DNA of 64,000 nucleotides, taken from NCBI GenBank assembly GCA_051362555.1, contig CM120649.1, positions 4,526,001-4,590,000 on the forward strand. Direction: 5' to 3'. The position numbers and the translations under genes are program-made. The notes beneath the pieces are model-generated. The model did not search any database. It was given only the letters and a program-made list of their open reading frames with translations, and was not told the origin of the DNA. Below, piece by piece: positions 63,733 to 64,000 of this stretch. Each line of letters starts with the position of its first letter. Position 1 is the stretch's first letter. The stretch is from Lingula anatina (lineage: Eukaryota; Animalia; Brachiopoda).

Positions 63733-63873
63733 TCTTGCAGTGAAATCCGTCCCCACGGTAACCAGCGTTGCAAATACAAGATTGGTTAGATGCTGTATCG
63801 CAGTTCTCATTGTTGTCAGGCAATTTCGTAAAAGTGTTTATGTCATAGCATGTGGCATTTTCCCCACATTTTG
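63733..63873 (-). CDS. EGF3 exon of copy E (gene continues beyond the window end)
   Basis: 141-nt phase 1-1 exon KCGENATCYDINTFTKLPDNNENCDTASNQSCICNAGYRGDGFHCK with AG/GT boundaries and flanking introns homologous to copy B. Confidence 0.8.
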
Positions 63874-64000
63874 CTGAAAAAAAAAAAAAAAACGCATGCA
63901 TGCAGCCACTGGCTCGCAACAGAATATTTGGACATTTTGAACCAACTTAACAAGCGATATCATATGACTTTTTCACATAAGTTCCACCTAAACAGTGGAA

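Noticed and set aside
19341-64000. One long Notch/fibropellin-like multi-EGF gene
   Set aside because: Units A, B and C each have their own signal-peptide exon, putative promoter and terminal exons, and the modules lack calcium-binding EGF consensus. Only the E-D junction could form a fusion.

Overview
AT-rich eukaryotic (invertebrate animal) genomic DNA with spliced genes and many microsatellites. I found no prokaryotic systems, rRNA, tRNA or CRISPR. The left 16 kb holds a 7-exon DHRS11-like short-chain dehydrogenase (+), a decayed Tc1 element, a 4-exon orphan gene for a highly charged protein (-) and an intracellular-type serpin with an intronless CDS (-). From about 19.3 kb to the end is a tandem array (period about 12.8 kb between the three most similar units) of a minus-strand gene encoding a small secreted protein with three phase-1 EGF-like exons. 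There are five copies, A-E, from left to right. A secreted single-vWA gene is duplicated with it, and both vWA copies are damaged. The EGF2 and EGF3 exons diverge much faster than adjacent introns, and the third EGF has a rearranged cysteine pattern with a hypervariable insert. The copies show birth-and-death lesions: a LINE inserted in an exon, a dead splice donor, a premature stop and a gene-fusing deletion. Other mobile DNA includes an L2/CR1-group LINE with an open 793-aa ORF, a Penelope-like relic with a hammerhead-like motif, a second Tc1 relic and several MITEs. All exon models and difference counts were derived by hand and need RNA-seq or alignment confirmation.
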